Shown: positions 1-10,973, counted from the stretch's first letter. The stretch is DNA of 64,000 nt from an uncultured Geobacter sp. (GCA_964576485.1 CAZNWF010000002.1:7006-71005); one strand, 5' to 3'. Notes: generated from the letters alone by a model not told the origin. Program-made: numbers and translations.

Positions 1-352
1 TGATCACCCCTTGTTTCACATCAAATTCATCCGGCCCACCCAGCTGGTAGCAATACTGGTTTCCCTCCATATCTTCATAGGAAACCCAGCATCCAAAACT
101 TACCCGTGTGGGGTTAAGTGGTGGGGCAGGTGCAATTTCCAACACCTTCAGCCGCCCTCCTAGCTGTTTAAGACTACGATCAATCTCCCGCAAACGTTTT
201 TTACCATAAATGTATTCAGCATTTTCAGAACGGTCACCTTCTGCCGCAGCGTCAGAAACCCCTTGAACCACCTTGGGGCGTTCTACCCGCCAGAGATATT
301 CAAACTCATCCTGAAGGCGTTTAAGGCCTTGAGCTGTTATAAGATTTGTCAT
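1..352 (-). CDS. greB: Transcription elongation factor GreB; 3' end runs off the window; not in the ORF track
   Basis: Manual translation from ATG at 352: MTNLITAQGLKRLQDEFEYLWRVERPKVVQGVSDAAAEGDRSENAEYIYGKKRLREIDR, containing the Gre-factor GDRSENAEY motif in a GreB-like context. Confidence 0.9.
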   Translation of the reverse strand, partial: MTNLITAQGLKRLQDEFEYLWRVERPKVVQGVSDAAAEGDRSENAEYIYGKKRLREIDRSLKQLGGRLKVLEIAPAPPLNPTRVSFGCWVSYEDMEGNQYCYQLGGPDEFDVKQGVI

Positions 353-388
353 GGATACTGTGTGTGCTTTCTGATAGAGCCAAAATAG

Positions 389-1780
389 TCAATCAGGAGT
401 CATTTCTGACACTAATCGGTGCATATCCTGGATTCTACGATATGCGACATCTTGCAGTACCTGCTCCGGCTTTTCTTGATCAACCGGATGGACCACCAGC
501 CAGCTTGAACGTAATTTACCGTCATAGCCGGTCATTGATTCATTCAGAAGTAAAAAGAGTTGATCACGAATGCCGTCAAAGACCCCTTCAAGAAAACCAT
601 CCAGGGAAAGTTCACGTTCAAGTAGTGTCATGCCACTTGGATCAAGCTGTTGAAAAAACAGTCGAGGCTGACCAGACTCATCCAGCAGTGGACGGAATAC
701 TGCTATTGAGGCACCGGCACTTTCACGGATAACTTGTAAAGAAAGCTGATACAGGTCGGAACGGGGGTGTAGATCATAGAGGATTGAACAGAGCATGCCG
801 GTAAAACAATCACTATGCAGAAATCCTCTGGATGCACGGTCAGCTGTTTCAAAATAAAAGCCCTTAGAGCCTTCATCTTCATGAAGAGCACCGCAGATAA
901 CACAATGGGGCAAAACCCCTTCAAGCCGGGCAAGAAAAGCTTCTTTCTTACGTCCTTCCTGCTCGGTCTGCCATTGATGATAGAGGTACGACCGTGGTTC
1001 GCTGGTCTGATGGTAGCTGGCAAGGATATCCCTGGAAAGTTCAATAAACTGGCTGTGTACCTCAGTCTCCCGTGCATGGCTGAGGATCGGGTAGATTTTC
1101 CCAGCAGGGTTTGTGTTCAGACTTTCAACTTTGGGACTTTTTGAAATGTAGGTATCCATGCAACGATAGCCACGGTTAATGGCAAAGGCTCGTAGCAGTG
1201 TACGCTGATCTTTGAACAGCCCGTCATATTTGATCCGGTTGTCAATCAGGCAGGGGATCAGAGCCAGGGATTTTTTATCAATGCCCCGTTGATCAAACAG
1301 AGCAAAGATATGCTTACAATTTTCAAGACTGGGCATATCCTTGACAGGGATCAGCACCCGATCAGCGGCATACAAGGCATTTTGAGTCAGAATATTCAGA
1401 TCAGGTCGGGTATCCAGCACAATAATGCCGGAAATGCCAGATTCTGCCACCATACGGCAAAGCGCCATGGGCCCTTTAAAACCTTGATACAGTTCAGTAA
1501 GGTTATTTGATGAGGGGATGTAGTTAACGCCATACTGCCCTTGATGGAGCAAGTCTATCCCCCGGGTGCCGGTTAAAAAATCTTCAACCGTCCCGTGGGG
1601 TTCCTGCCCCTTAAGTTCAAACATCCGGTCAACAGTAAAGTGATTGTCGAAAGAAATGATGGTAACTGGCAGATCTTCTTGCATTGCCTTTAAAAAAATG
1701 GCCAGGTTAGTTGCCAAGGTGGTTTTACCAACACCACCCTTTTCAGACGAAATTGTCAAAATATAGGGGAAATTATTCAT
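389..1780 (-). CDS. ParA/MinD-family ATPase with long C-terminal extension
   Basis: Deviant Walker A EKGGVGKTT and LDTRP; likely start MNNFPYIL at 1780 (ORF track extends to 1831). Confidence 0.85.
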   Translation of the reverse strand: MNNFPYILTISSEKGGVGKTTLATNLAIFLKAMQEDLPVTIISFDNHFTVDRMFELKGQEPHGTVEDFLTGTRGIDLLHQGQYGVNYIPSSNNLTELYQGFKGPMALCRMVAESGISGIIVLDTRPDLNILTQNALYAADRVLIPVKDMPSLENCKHIFALFDQRGIDKKSLALIPCLIDNRIKYDGLFKDQRTLLRAFAINRGYRCMDTYISKSPKVESLNTNPAGKIYPILSHARETEVHSQFIELSRDILASYHQTSEPRSYLYHQWQTEQEGRKKEAFLARLEGVLPHCVICGALHEDEGSKGFYFETADRASRGFLHSDCFTGMLCSILYDLHPRSDLYQLSLQVIRESAGASIAVFRPLLDESGQPRLFFQQLDPSGMTLLERELSLDGFLEGVFDGIRDQLFLLLNESMTGYDGKLRSSWLVVHPVDQEKPEQVLQDVAYRRIQDMHRLVSEMTPD

Positions 1781-1858
1781 GGTGCGCATCATACGGAAAG
1801 AGAGCCCTGTGGTCAACCCCGGTTTGACCATCTGAAGTCACTGTGATACCTTTCTGTC

Positions 1859-3223
1859 ATGAACCTCTTTTCTGAACAGACCATCCTGACGGTTAGCCGA
1901 CTTACCTCGCTCTTAAAGGACCTGATTGAAGATAACTTCAACCAGGTCTGGGTTGAAGGCGAGTTGTCCAATCTGGCCTTGCCTGCCTCAGGTCACGCCT
2001 ATTTTACCCTTAAAGACAGCGGAGCCATGCTGCGCGGTGTCATGTTCCGCAGTTGTGTTAAAGCGCTCAAGTTCAAGCTTGAGGAAGGAATGTCAGTAAT
2101 TGTAAGGGGTAGACTATCAGTCTATGACCAACGAGGTGATTATCAGTTAATAGCTGAATATGCCGAACCTAAAGGGATTGGTGCCCTGCAGGCTGCTTTT
2201 ATGCAGTTAAAGGAACGGTTGGCAGGGGAGGGGCTTTTCAGTGAAGTCCACAAACAGCCCTTACCTGCCATGCCTCAACGGGTCGGTATTGTTACCTCAG
2301 CCAGCGGTGCTGCTATTCACGATATTTTGAATGTGCTGGGGAGACGTAATGCTGGTTTAGATCTTCTGATTTATCCAGTACGGGTGCAGGGAGAGGGGGC
2401 AGCAGCAGAAATTGCGGCTGCCATTGACAACCTGAATCAACTGCATATAGTCGATGTTTTGATTGTGGGACGTGGTGGCGGTTCTTTGGAAGATCTCTGG
2501 GCCTTTAACGAAGAGTTGGTTGCCAGAGCGGTCTATCGCTCAAAAATTCCCGTTATTTCTGCTGTTGGCCATGAAATTGACTGGACTATCTGCGATTTTG
2601 TGGCCGATCTGCGGGCACCAACCCCCTCTGCTGCTGCAGAACTGGTCTGCACTGCCAAAGAAGAATTGATTCATCAACTGGATGCACTTTCTCACCGGCT
2701 GCAGCAAGCCATATCAGGCCAACTGCGCCTTCGCTCACAGCACCTTACCGGGTTGCACCGTGCCCTGCATGATCCTTCCCGGATGCTTGGACATCAGGTG
2801 CAGCGGGTTGATGATCTGTCTGAACGGCTTGATATGGCTCTAAGGAATTTGTTGGGGCGACGCAGTGAACAGCTAGCCCGCATGGAACAGTATCTTGCCG
2901 GATTGCATCCAGCGGTGAGAATCAGCGCGCTGAGACAGGAACTGCTCCTGTTATCTGAGCGGTCTGAGCGACGGGTATGTCATCATCTTGAATCACTTGG
3001 CCGAAGCCAGGGTGAGGCAACTGCCCGACTCGATACTCTCTCGCCACTGCATACGTTATCTCGAGGGTATTCTGTGGTTGAACAGCTTCATGGTGGAGCT
3101 ATTGTGAAAAATGCCGCTGAATTGCGGATAGGTCAGGAAGTACGGTTACGATTACAACAAGGGAGCGCACTCTGCCAGGTTGAAGAAACCTACAGTGACT
3201 CAGGTGTAAAGGCAACAACCTGA
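1859..3223 (+). CDS. xseA: Exodeoxyribonuclease VII large subunit
   Basis: N-terminal OB fold (VWVEGELSN, GHAYFTLKD), RGGGSLEDLWAFNEE, SAVGHEID, APTPSAAAE. Confidence 0.97.
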   Translation: MNLFSEQTILTVSRLTSLLKDLIEDNFNQVWVEGELSNLALPASGHAYFTLKDSGAMLRGVMFRSCVKALKFKLEEGMSVIVRGRLSVYDQRGDYQLIAEYAEPKGIGALQAAFMQLKERLAGEGLFSEVHKQPLPAMPQRVGIVTSASGAAIHDILNVLGRRNAGLDLLIYPVRVQGEGAAAEIAAAIDNLNQLHIVDVLIVGRGGGSLEDLWAFNEELVARAVYRSKIPVISAVGHEIDWTICDFVADLRAPTPSAAAELVCTAKEELIHQLDALSHRLQQAISGQLRLRSQHLTGLHRALHDPSRMLGHQVQRVDDLSERLDMALRNLLGRRSEQLARMEQYLAGLHPAVRISALRQELLLLSERSERRVCHHLESLGRSQGEATARLDTLSPLHTLSRGYSVVEQLHGGAIVKNAAELRIGQEVRLRLQQGSALCQVEETYSDSGVKATT

Positions 3224-4095
3224 TCAATCCGCTCTGCACCTGTGGTCAGCATCACCAGTCGATCAACGCCTAATGCAATGCCAGCAGAAGACGGCATTGC
3301 TGAGAGTTCAGTTAAAAACGGTTCTGGCAATGGCAGTTTTGTTCTGCCCAGTTGTTGTCTCATCAGGTTGGCTTCTTCAAAACGGGTCCGTTGTTCCAGC
3401 GGATCTGTTAATTCACTGAAGCCGTTTGCCAGTTCTAATCCGCCAACATACAACTCAAACCGTTCCGCAAAATCCGGTGTATCACTTTTAAGTCTGGCCA
3501 ATGCTGCCAGCTGTGCAGGATAATCCTGTAAAATAACCGGCACCTCAAATTTTTCAAAAGCTGGTTCAATTTCCGCTGTCAAAAGCTCATCAAAGAGCCC
3601 GTTTTTGACGCTACGCAAGGCTTCAGCATTGGTAAACTGCAAAAACGCCTCCTGCACGCTAAAATGCTGCCAGGTTTGGTGGGGATTGATTTTTAAGCTG
3701 TTTCGAGTAAAGCAGGAGTCTGTAGTACAGGAATCTGCCACATACTGCAGTAAGCCAAGACAATCCTGCATTAAATCATGGTAGTCAGCATCACTGCGAT
3801 ACCATTCCAGCATGGTAAATTCTGAGAGGTGGCGTGAACCGCGTTCATCAGATCGCCAACAACGACAGATCTGAAAAATTTTATCATAGCCGCGACACAA
3901 CAGACGCTTCATGCAGATTTCTGGAGATGTCTGAAGTTGCCAGGACAGGGTAGGGACCGGATCGATATACTCTTCCGGTGCATTGGCTGGAATACGAAAA
4001 GGGGTCTCTACTTCGAGAAACCCCCGCTCTGAAAAATACATTCGTATGGCCTGCAGTACCTGCGCACGCCTATAAAGAGTACTACACTGCAACAA
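3190..4095 (-). CDS. epmA: EF-P beta-lysyl ligase EpmA (GenX/PoxA)
   Basis: LysRS catalytic-domain paralog lacking the anticodon domain (LQTSPE, EFTMLEWYR, ELANGFSEL, GIALGVDRL); directly downstream of efp. Confidence 0.93.
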   Translation of the reverse strand: MLQCSTLYRRAQVLQAIRMYFSERGFLEVETPFRIPANAPEEYIDPVPTLSWQLQTSPEICMKRLLCRGYDKIFQICRCWRSDERGSRHLSEFTMLEWYRSDADYHDLMQDCLGLLQYVADSCTTDSCFTRNSLKINPHQTWQHFSVQEAFLQFTNAEALRSVKNGLFDELLTAEIEPAFEKFEVPVILQDYPAQLAALARLKSDTPDFAERFELYVGGLELANGFSELTDPLEQRTRFEEANLMRQQLGRTKLPLPEPFLTELSAMPSSAGIALGVDRLVMLTTGAERIDQVVAFTPESL

Positions 4096-4098
4096 AGG

Positions 4099-4662
4099 TT
4101 ACCCCTTGACGCGGGTGGAATATTCACCGGTACGGGTATCAATCACAATCAGTTCATTCTCTTCAATAAATGGTGGCACACGCAGTACATAGCCGGTTTC
4201 AACGGTAGCAGGTTTTGAATCACTACCAGATGTATCGCCTTTCAACCAGGGGTCAGTCTGGGTTACGCGAAGGTTGATAAAGTTAGGCAAGGTTACACCG
4301 ATTGGCTTTTCACCGAACAAAAGTACAGAAACCTTTGTGTTTTCAAGCAGAAAGTTCTTGGCATCACCAACAGCATCTTCTTCCATCACAACCTGCTCAT
4401 AACTCTGTTGATCCATAAAGGTATAATGCGTGCCTTCTTTGTACAGATACTCCATATCGCGCTCATCCATGCCTGCAGGTTCAAAGCTTTCACCTGAACG
4501 GTAGGTACGATCAAGTGTAGAGCCACTAATCATGTTTTTCATTTTGCACTTGTAAAGGGCTTGACCCTTGCCAGGCTTAACAAAATCGAATGAGGTAACG
4601 ACATAGGGATCACCATCAAGAATAAGCTTGGTGCCTTTTTTTAGATCAGCAACAGACAACAT
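4099..4662 (-). CDS. efp: Elongation factor P
   Basis: KPGKGQA loop containing the modified Lys; C-terminal DTRTGEY. Confidence 0.98.
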   Translation of the reverse strand: MLSVADLKKGTKLILDGDPYVVTSFDFVKPGKGQALYKCKMKNMISGSTLDRTYRSGESFEPAGMDERDMEYLYKEGTHYTFMDQQSYEQVVMEEDAVGDAKNFLLENTKVSVLLFGEKPIGVTLPNFINLRVTQTDPWLKGDTSGSDSKPATVETGYVLRVPPFIEENELIVIDTRTGEYSTRVKG

Positions 4663-4702
4663 AAATACAATCTCCTTTTATATCAAATGGGTATAACAAC
4701 AT

Positions 4703-4739
4703 AAAACCCATGCACTGCGTAAGGCAGCAAGCATGAGTT
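4703..4739 (-). terminator. Putative hairpin/terminator after infA
   Basis: Imperfect stem AACTCATGC...GCATGGGTT followed by T-run on the minus strand. Confidence 0.45.
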
Positions 4740-4766
4740 CAGTGTTGTTGTGTGCGTAAAAGGTTG

Positions 4767-4985
4767 TTATTTAGCTCGGTAGGTTATCCTGCCACGGGTA
4801 AGGTCATATGGGGAAAGCTCAACCGTTACCTTGTCGCCAGGCAAGATTTTGATGAAATACTTACGCATTTTACCGGAAATATGAGCCAGAACAATATGGT
4901 CGTTTTCCAGCTTGACCCGAAACATCGCATTTGGCAACGGCTCAATAACCGTTCCTTCAACTTCAATTGCTTCTTCTTTGCTCAT
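4767..4985 (-). CDS. infA: Translation initiation factor IF-1
   Basis: [24 protein letters not shown]...[13 protein letters not shown], 72 aa. Confidence 0.99.
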   Translation of the reverse strand: MSKEEAIEVEGTVIEPLPNAMFRVKLENDHIVLAHISGKMRKYFIKILPGDKVTVELSPYDLTRGRITYRAK

Positions 4986-5162
4986 GCAGCTGGTTGCTCC
5001 TTTGTTTGCTCTATCTGAAGTGCGGCGTTACACTACCGGTATTCCATGTGATTTGCAAGTCTTATATCAAAACGCCCACACCAAGCATACACCATAAACG
5101 CCCATAAGCTATATTATGTAAAGTACAAAAAGTTTCCTGTATTTCTACCTAACCAGAAGTAA

Positions 5163-6305
5163 TTACTGATATTGAATGTAAATCGGCTTAGGATTTAGTT
5201 TTAATATATCCTGGGGAATCATGAGAGGATCGCCCTTCTTTGTGTCGTTGTGATAGAACAATTTGAATCCGGTGAACTGGACCGGTTCAGCAACAATATA
5301 ATCCTTATACGAATCGCGCTTTAACCAGGGGGCTCCCCAACCATCCATATGCATGACAATCTGAACTTCCCGACGCAGAATAATCTTGTCTGCATTGGTA
5401 ACGCCATTACGGGTAAAACGATGCACGGTAAAAACCTTAGGCGGCAATTTGTATTTCTGTACCAGGTCTTTAAGATAGCTGCTTGCAAAGTTGATATCTG
5501 CAGCATCGTAGGTGCCGATCTTTTTACCAGGTTTCACTTTACTTGAAATCAGGTTGAATTCCGGGTCAATTCCCAGATGGACGTCCGGGTTTTTTAGTAT
5601 CCACTCAAACTGAGGCAAAACAGTGCGAATGTCATCATGACCGGTCTGAATGTCAATAAACAGTACTGCTCCTGCCTCTTTTGCCCAACCATATACCTGA
5701 TTAATCAGGTCATTTGTCATAAACAAGCGATATTTTCCTGCCTTGCCTGGTGCCCCCTGGGCAACAACAGCAATCAAATGCAATGCAGGTTGGACCGGCA
5801 TGCCTGGGTCAGCTTTTTCCCATTTTGCTGTCTCTGCTTTAAGACGCTTGATCATCTCATCCTTGGGGAATTCCCCCAGAGCGCCCATACGCTTTGAAAG
5901 CGGATTGCCATAGTACGCCACTATTCGTTTTTGTGGCAGAATAGATCCTGGCAACGGAGTTGGATATTTTTTAGGCCAGCCTTTACGACGTGCAAATTCA
6001 GGATCTTCGCCGGCGTTATATTTGATCTTTGCAACCCTGGCAGAACTGATCTGAGATTGAGTAGGCAATTCAGAGCCGATACAGCTGCTGCGCTGGTCAA
6101 ATCCCTTGGGCTGAGTCGGTTTAACAGAAGCAGAGCTGCTTGATGCCGCTGCCTGTACAACCTTCTGGACAGGTAGAGCCGCAGATCTGGTATGATCCTG
6201 ACAGGCTGTAAGTGTAACTGGTAATAACAAAGACAGGAAAATAAATGAAAACTTCAGCTTCGGGGACAATGGATAGTGAGTAAACAACACCGCAGATAAC
6301 TCCAA
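5163..6305 (-). CDS. Putative lipoprotein of unknown function (start uncertain)
   Basis: 380-aa ORF with a hydrophobic stretch ending in lipobox LTAC, a Ser/Ala/Pro linker, then a globular domain (RIVAYYG, HLGIDPEF, HMDGWG). Confidence 0.7.
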   Translation of the reverse strand: MELSAVLFTHYPLSPKLKFSFIFLSLLLPVTLTACQDHTRSAALPVQKVVQAAASSSSASVKPTQPKGFDQRSSCIGSELPTQSQISSARVAKIKYNAGEDPEFARRKGWPKKYPTPLPGSILPQKRIVAYYGNPLSKRMGALGEFPKDEMIKRLKAETAKWEKADPGMPVQPALHLIAVVAQGAPGKAGKYRLFMTNDLINQVYGWAKEAGAVLFIDIQTGHDDIRTVLPQFEWILKNPDVHLGIDPEFNLISSKVKPGKKIGTYDAADINFASSYLKDLVQKYKLPPKVFTVHRFTRNGVTNADKIILRREVQIVMHMDGWGAPWLKRDSYKDYIVAEPVQFTGFKLFYHNDTKKGDPLMIPQDILKLNPKPIYIQYQ

Positions 6306-6319
6306 CGCAATAAATTTAC

Positions 6320-6353
6320 AAAGAAAAGCCGCAACACCGGAAGCGTTGCGGCT
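6320..6353 (-). terminator. Rho-independent terminator of the proS/CoA-ligase unit
   Basis: AGCCGCAAC...GTTGCGGCT stem followed by TTTCTTT on the minus strand. Confidence 0.75.
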
Positions 6354-6409
6354 GACCTGAGATAGTTAAAAATAACATAAAACGTTAAAAAAAGACAATA
6401 CAAGAAAAG

Positions 6410-7720
6410 TTACAGACTCCGTTTATCAATAACCCGTTGAGCTTTACCTTCATGGCGCGGAATACTGTTTGGCTCCACCAGTTTTACCGTTGCGCCAACC
6501 CCTAAGGCGGAATGAATCCTGCGCTCAACGGATTCAAGGAAAGCCCGCTGTTTTTTCATTTCATCAAAGAATATATGTTCAGTGACCTCAATATCAATTT
6601 CAAGGACATCAGTGGTACCGATACGTTGCACAATCAACTGATAATGCGGTTCACACCCTTCAATGCCAAACAGAATCTCTTCAATCTGTGACGGAAATAC
6701 ATTCACCCCTTTGATAATCAGCATATCATCACTACGCCCAATGGTCTTTTTCATCCGGGCCAGGGTTCTGCCACAGGCACAGGGTTCATAAACCAGACTG
6801 GTGATGTCGCGGGTTCGGTAACGGATCATGGGAAAGGCTTCTTTGGTCAGGCTGGTCAATACCAGCTCACCAACACTGCCGGGCGGCAGTACAGCACCTG
6901 TTTCCGGATCAATAATTTCAGCAATAAAGGCATCTTCGGCAATATGCATACCGCACTTGTGCTGACACTCGCCAGCAACACCCGGGCCTATTACTTCTGA
7001 CAGGCCGTAGTTATCTGTGGCACTGATCTGCAGACGTTGCTCAATCTCCAGCCGCATCGCCTCTGACCAGGGCTCGCCACCAAACAGGCCAACCTTTAAG
7101 GAAAGGGATTTGGGATCAATCCCCATCTTTTCCAACCGGTCAGCCAGGGTTAAGGCATAGCTGGGAGTGCCAACCAGGGCGGTAGTACGGTAATCCTGCA
7201 TGATCATGATCTGCTTTTCAGTGTTGCCTCCCCCCATGGGAATGACCGCAGCGCCAATGGCCTCGGAACCATAGTGCAGACCAAAGGCACCGGTAAACAG
7301 ACCGTAGCCAAAGGCGATCTGCACCACATCATCCGGGGTGACACCAGCAGCAGTCATAAAGCGAGCCACCAGATTTGACCAGGTCTTAAGATCATGTTTG
7401 GTGTAGCCAACTACCGTTGGTTTGCCGGTAGTACCTGAGGATGAATGAATCCGCACAACTTCGCGTAGCGGCACTGCAAACATGCCATAGGGGTAGTTGA
7501 GGCGCAGGTCTTCCTTGGTGGTAAACGGCAGCCGGGAAAGATCAGCCAGTGAGGTAATGTCTTCAGGTACAATCCCAAGTTCATTGAACTTGTTCTGATA
7601 GCAACGGACATTCTTGTAGACACGGTTGAGCGTGGCTTGTAGGCGTTCAAGCTGAAGTTGCTCAAGCTCTTCACGGGGCATGCATTCATGCTGGATATCC
7701 CAGATTGCAGGATTACTCAT
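6410..7720 (-). CDS. paaK: Phenylacetate-CoA ligase family protein
   Basis: [46 protein letters not shown]. Confidence 0.9.
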   Translation of the reverse strand: MSNPAIWDIQHECMPREELEQLQLERLQATLNRVYKNVRCYQNKFNELGIVPEDITSLADLSRLPFTTKEDLRLNYPYGMFAVPLREVVRIHSSSGTTGKPTVVGYTKHDLKTWSNLVARFMTAAGVTPDDVVQIAFGYGLFTGAFGLHYGSEAIGAAVIPMGGGNTEKQIMIMQDYRTTALVGTPSYALTLADRLEKMGIDPKSLSLKVGLFGGEPWSEAMRLEIEQRLQISATDNYGLSEVIGPGVAGECQHKCGMHIAEDAFIAEIIDPETGAVLPPGSVGELVLTSLTKEAFPMIRYRTRDITSLVYEPCACGRTLARMKKTIGRSDDMLIIKGVNVFPSQIEEILFGIEGCEPHYQLIVQRIGTTDVLEIDIEVTEHIFFDEMKKQRAFLESVERRIHSALGVGATVKLVEPNSIPRHEGKAQRVIDKRSL

Positions 7721-9447
7721 CGAGTACCTCCGCAGGCCGCCTTAACCTGTGCAATAACGGTTTCAATTGCCTGCTCCGGTACCACTAGCTGCATCTCACC
7801 GCCTGCCCGCTGTTTGAACTCAACCTTGCCTTCTGCCAGGTTCTTGCCCCCCACTACGATCCGTAATGGAATGCCGATCAGATCGTGGTCCTTGAACTTG
7901 ACGCCGGGGCGTTCATCACGATCATCCAGCAGCACCTCAACACCGGCTGCCTCAAGACGATCATGGATATCCTGGGCAGCAGCCATAACCGCCTCATCCT
8001 TCTGGGCATTGATCGCCACAACCGAGCAATGGAACGGTGCCAAAGGTAGTGGCCAGATTACACCGTTATCATCATGGTTCTGTTCAATGGATGCAGCCAC
8101 GGTGCGGCCGATACCGATACCGTAACAGCCCATAAAGATAATCTGTTCCTTGCCATCCTTATCCAGATAGGTTGCATTCATACTGCTTGAATACTTGGTG
8201 CCCAGCTTGAATACGTGCCCGACCTCAATCCCGCGCCAAACCTCCAGCGTACCACCAGAACAGCGCGGACAAGGATCACCGGCTCCGATCAGACGGATAT
8301 CCGCAATCTGGCTGATTGAAAAATCCCGACCCGCATTGGCACCGGTATAGTGCTGATCTGTCTGATTGGCGCCGATGACAAAATCGGACATGGCTTCAAC
8401 AGCATAATCAGCCATTACCAGCAGTTCTTCTTTCAGCCCCAGCGGACCAAGGAAACCGGGGGGAGAACCGGTAAAACGCAGCACTTCGTCGTCAGTAGCC
8501 ATCTGGATCTCGTCCCAGCCAAGACGGTTCTTCAGTTTTAACTCATTCAGTTCATGATCGCCCCGCACCAGGGCCATCACAAACTGCCCTTCTCCGTTGG
8601 ACAGTACCAGTGCCTTAACCGTGCCGGACTGGGGGAGTCCCAGAAACTCGGCAACCTCAGCAATGGTCTTCTTGTCCGGGGTATGGACTTTCGTCAGCGC
8701 CTGCTGCCCTGCCCCCCCCTGCTGTTGTTTGATCCCCTCTGCCTTTTCCACATTAGCTGCGTAACGGCAGGCATCACAGGATACAATGGCATCCTCACCA
8801 GAAGAGGCAAGCACCATGAACTCATGGGATGCTGAACCGCCAATGGAGCCGGTATCAGCCTCAACTGCCCTGAAGTTAAGACCGCAACGCTCAAAAATGC
8901 GGTTGTAGGCCTGATACATCTTGTCATAGGAAAGATCTGCTGCAGAGGAGTCTACGTCAAAGGAGTAGGCATCCTTCATGATGAACTCGCGGCCACGCAT
9001 CAGGCCAAAACGGGGTCTAATCTCGTCACGGAATTTGGTCTGGATCTGATAAAAGTTTACCGGCATCTGGCGGTAGCTTTTGACTTCACGCCGCGCAATG
9101 TCAGTAATAATCTCTTCATGGGTTGGCCCCATGCAGAATTCATTATCCTTGCGGTCCTTAAAGCGCAGTAGCTCCTTGCCATACTGAGCCCATCGCTTGG
9201 ATTCAATCCAGAGTTCTGCCGGCTGCACCCCTGGCATCAACAGTTCAATGGCCCCTGCCCTGTTCATCTCTTCCCGTACAATCTGCTCAAACTTGCGGAT
9301 CGAACGCAACCCCAGCGGCATATAGGTATAGATGCCGGCAGCAATCTTGCGAATCATGCCGGAACGCATCATCAACTGGTGGGAGACCACCTCGGCATCG
9401 GACGGAGTTTCTTTAAGTGTTGGAATAAAAAATTGTGTATAACGCAT
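7717..9447 (-). CDS. proS: Prolyl-tRNA synthetase (with editing insertion)
   Basis: [44 protein letters not shown]. Confidence 0.99.
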   Translation of the reverse strand: MRYTQFFIPTLKETPSDAEVVSHQLMMRSGMIRKIAAGIYTYMPLGLRSIRKFEQIVREEMNRAGAIELLMPGVQPAELWIESKRWAQYGKELLRFKDRKDNEFCMGPTHEEIITDIARREVKSYRQMPVNFYQIQTKFRDEIRPRFGLMRGREFIMKDAYSFDVDSSAADLSYDKMYQAYNRIFERCGLNFRAVEADTGSIGGSASHEFMVLASSGEDAIVSCDACRYAANVEKAEGIKQQQGGAGQQALTKVHTPDKKTIAEVAEFLGLPQSGTVKALVLSNGEGQFVMALVRGDHELNELKLKNRLGWDEIQMATDDEVLRFTGSPPGFLGPLGLKEELLVMADYAVEAMSDFVIGANQTDQHYTGANAGRDFSISQIADIRLIGAGDPCPRCSGGTLEVWRGIEVGHVFKLGTKYSSSMNATYLDKDGKEQIIFMGCYGIGIGRTVAASIEQNHDDNGVIWPLPLAPFHCSVVAINAQKDEAVMAAAQDIHDRLEAAGVEVLLDDRDERPGVKFKDHDLIGIPLRIVVGGKNLAEGKVEFKQRAGGEMQLVVPEQAIETVIAQVKAACGGTR

Positions 9448-9462
9448 TACAATTAAACCACC

Positions 9463-9846
9463 TTATATCAATTTATGTCGTTGCAGCATCTGAGTTACCG
9501 CTTCACGTTGGAACGGCTTAACCACATAGTCGTCACAGTCCCCTTCAAAGAAGGCGTCCTGAATATCCTCAGGCGAACTGCAGGCAGAGATCATAAACAC
9601 CTTGGTCCGCTTGCCTTGTAGCTGATCCCGTTCCCGGATACCATGCAGGGTTGTCGTACCATCCATGATCGGCATGACAATATCAAGACAGATAAGGTTG
9701 TAGGGCGATTCTGCGGTAGTTGCAGCATCAATCAGTTCCAAGGCCTGCTGTCCGTTTTCAGCCTGATCGCAGGGGCCAAGTTCCTCCAGAAAACTGGCCA
9801 GCATCAGACGCCCCATCGCATCATCATCCACAATCAAGCTACGCAT
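9463..9846 (-). CDS. Single-domain response regulator
   Basis: IVDDD, LDIVMP, KPF receiver motifs. Confidence 0.92.
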   Translation of the reverse strand: MRSLIVDDDAMGRLMLASFLEELGPCDQAENGQQALELIDAATTAESPYNLICLDIVMPIMDGTTTLHGIRERDQLQGKRTKVFMISACSSPEDIQDAFFEGDCDDYVVKPFQREAVTQMLQRHKLI

Positions 9847-9864
9847 GCAGACCTCCTGAACAAC

Positions 9865-10911
9865 TTATAGACGTTCAATCTCTTCCAGCAAGGCATCTGC
9901 CAGCTCAGCTTCAGGTACCTTGCGGACGACCTCTCCCTTGCGGAAAATCAGGCCCTCTCCTTTACCACCGGCCACGCCGACATCAGCTTCACGTGCTTCG
10001 CCAGGACCATTTACGGCGCAACCCATGACTGCCACGGTAATTCTTTTATCAACCGATTGCAGTCGCTTCTCAACTTCTTCAGCAACTTTAATCAGGTTGA
10101 TCTGACACCGTCCGCAGGTTGGGCAGGAAACAAAATTAACGCCACGCTGCCGCAAACCGAGCGATTTGAGGATCTCAAAACCGACCCGCACTTCATCCAC
10201 CGGATCACCGGTTAAGGAAACCCGCAGGGTGTCGCCAATGCCATCATAGAGCAGGATACCAAGCCCGACTGACGACTTGATGGTACCGGAAAAAATGGTG
10301 CCTGCCTCAGTAATGCCGATATGCAAGGGATAGTTCACCTGTCTGGATAACAGGCGATAGGCTTCAACGGTCTTGGGCACATCAGACGCCTTGAGCGAAA
10401 CCTTGATTTCCTGATAGTTTAAGTCTTCAAGGATCCGGATATGGCCAAGGGCAGATTCAACCATTGCTTCTGCGGTCGGATGCCCATACTTCTCAAGCAG
10501 CTGTTTTTCCAGAGAACCGGCATTAACTCCGATACGGATCGGCACCTTGCGTTCGGCAGCTGATTTTACCACTTCAGCCACCTTCCAATGCTCGCCGATG
10601 TTGCCGGGATTCAGGCGCAGACCATCAATGCCCCCCTCCAGCACCCGCAGAGCCAGTTTGTAATCAAAATGGATGTCTGCAATAACCGGAATCGGACTCT
10701 GAGCCTTGATGGTGGCCAGGGCATCCGCGGCATCAGCATCAGGAACTGCGCAGCGGACGATCTCACAGCCAACTTCAGCCAGTGCGTGGATCTGGGTAAG
10801 GGTAGCCTTGACATCACGGGTATCGGTGGAGCACATGGACTGGACAGCGCAGGGAGCGCCTCCACCCACCGCCACCGGGCCTACATGCAGTTGTCTGGTA
10901 AGTGGTTTCAT
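9865..10911 (-). CDS. ispG: HMBPP synthase IspG (GcpE)
   Basis: ADIHF, RLNPGN, RIGVNAGSL, SCPTCGR, VMGCAVNGPGE. Confidence 0.99.
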   Translation of the reverse strand: MKPLTRQLHVGPVAVGGGAPCAVQSMCSTDTRDVKATLTQIHALAEVGCEIVRCAVPDADAADALATIKAQSPIPVIADIHFDYKLALRVLEGGIDGLRLNPGNIGEHWKVAEVVKSAAERKVPIRIGVNAGSLEKQLLEKYGHPTAEAMVESALGHIRILEDLNYQEIKVSLKASDVPKTVEAYRLLSRQVNYPLHIGITEAGTIFSGTIKSSVGLGILLYDGIGDTLRVSLTGDPVDEVRVGFEILKSLGLRQRGVNFVSCPTCGRCQINLIKVAEEVEKRLQSVDKRITVAVMGCAVNGPGEAREADVGVAGGKGEGLIFRKGEVVRKVPEAELADALLEEIERL

Positions 10912-10973
10912 AGCCGTGGAATACTAACGGAACAGCCAAGGAATTGCAAGGAGAGCCTAGCGCCGGTTCAGTG

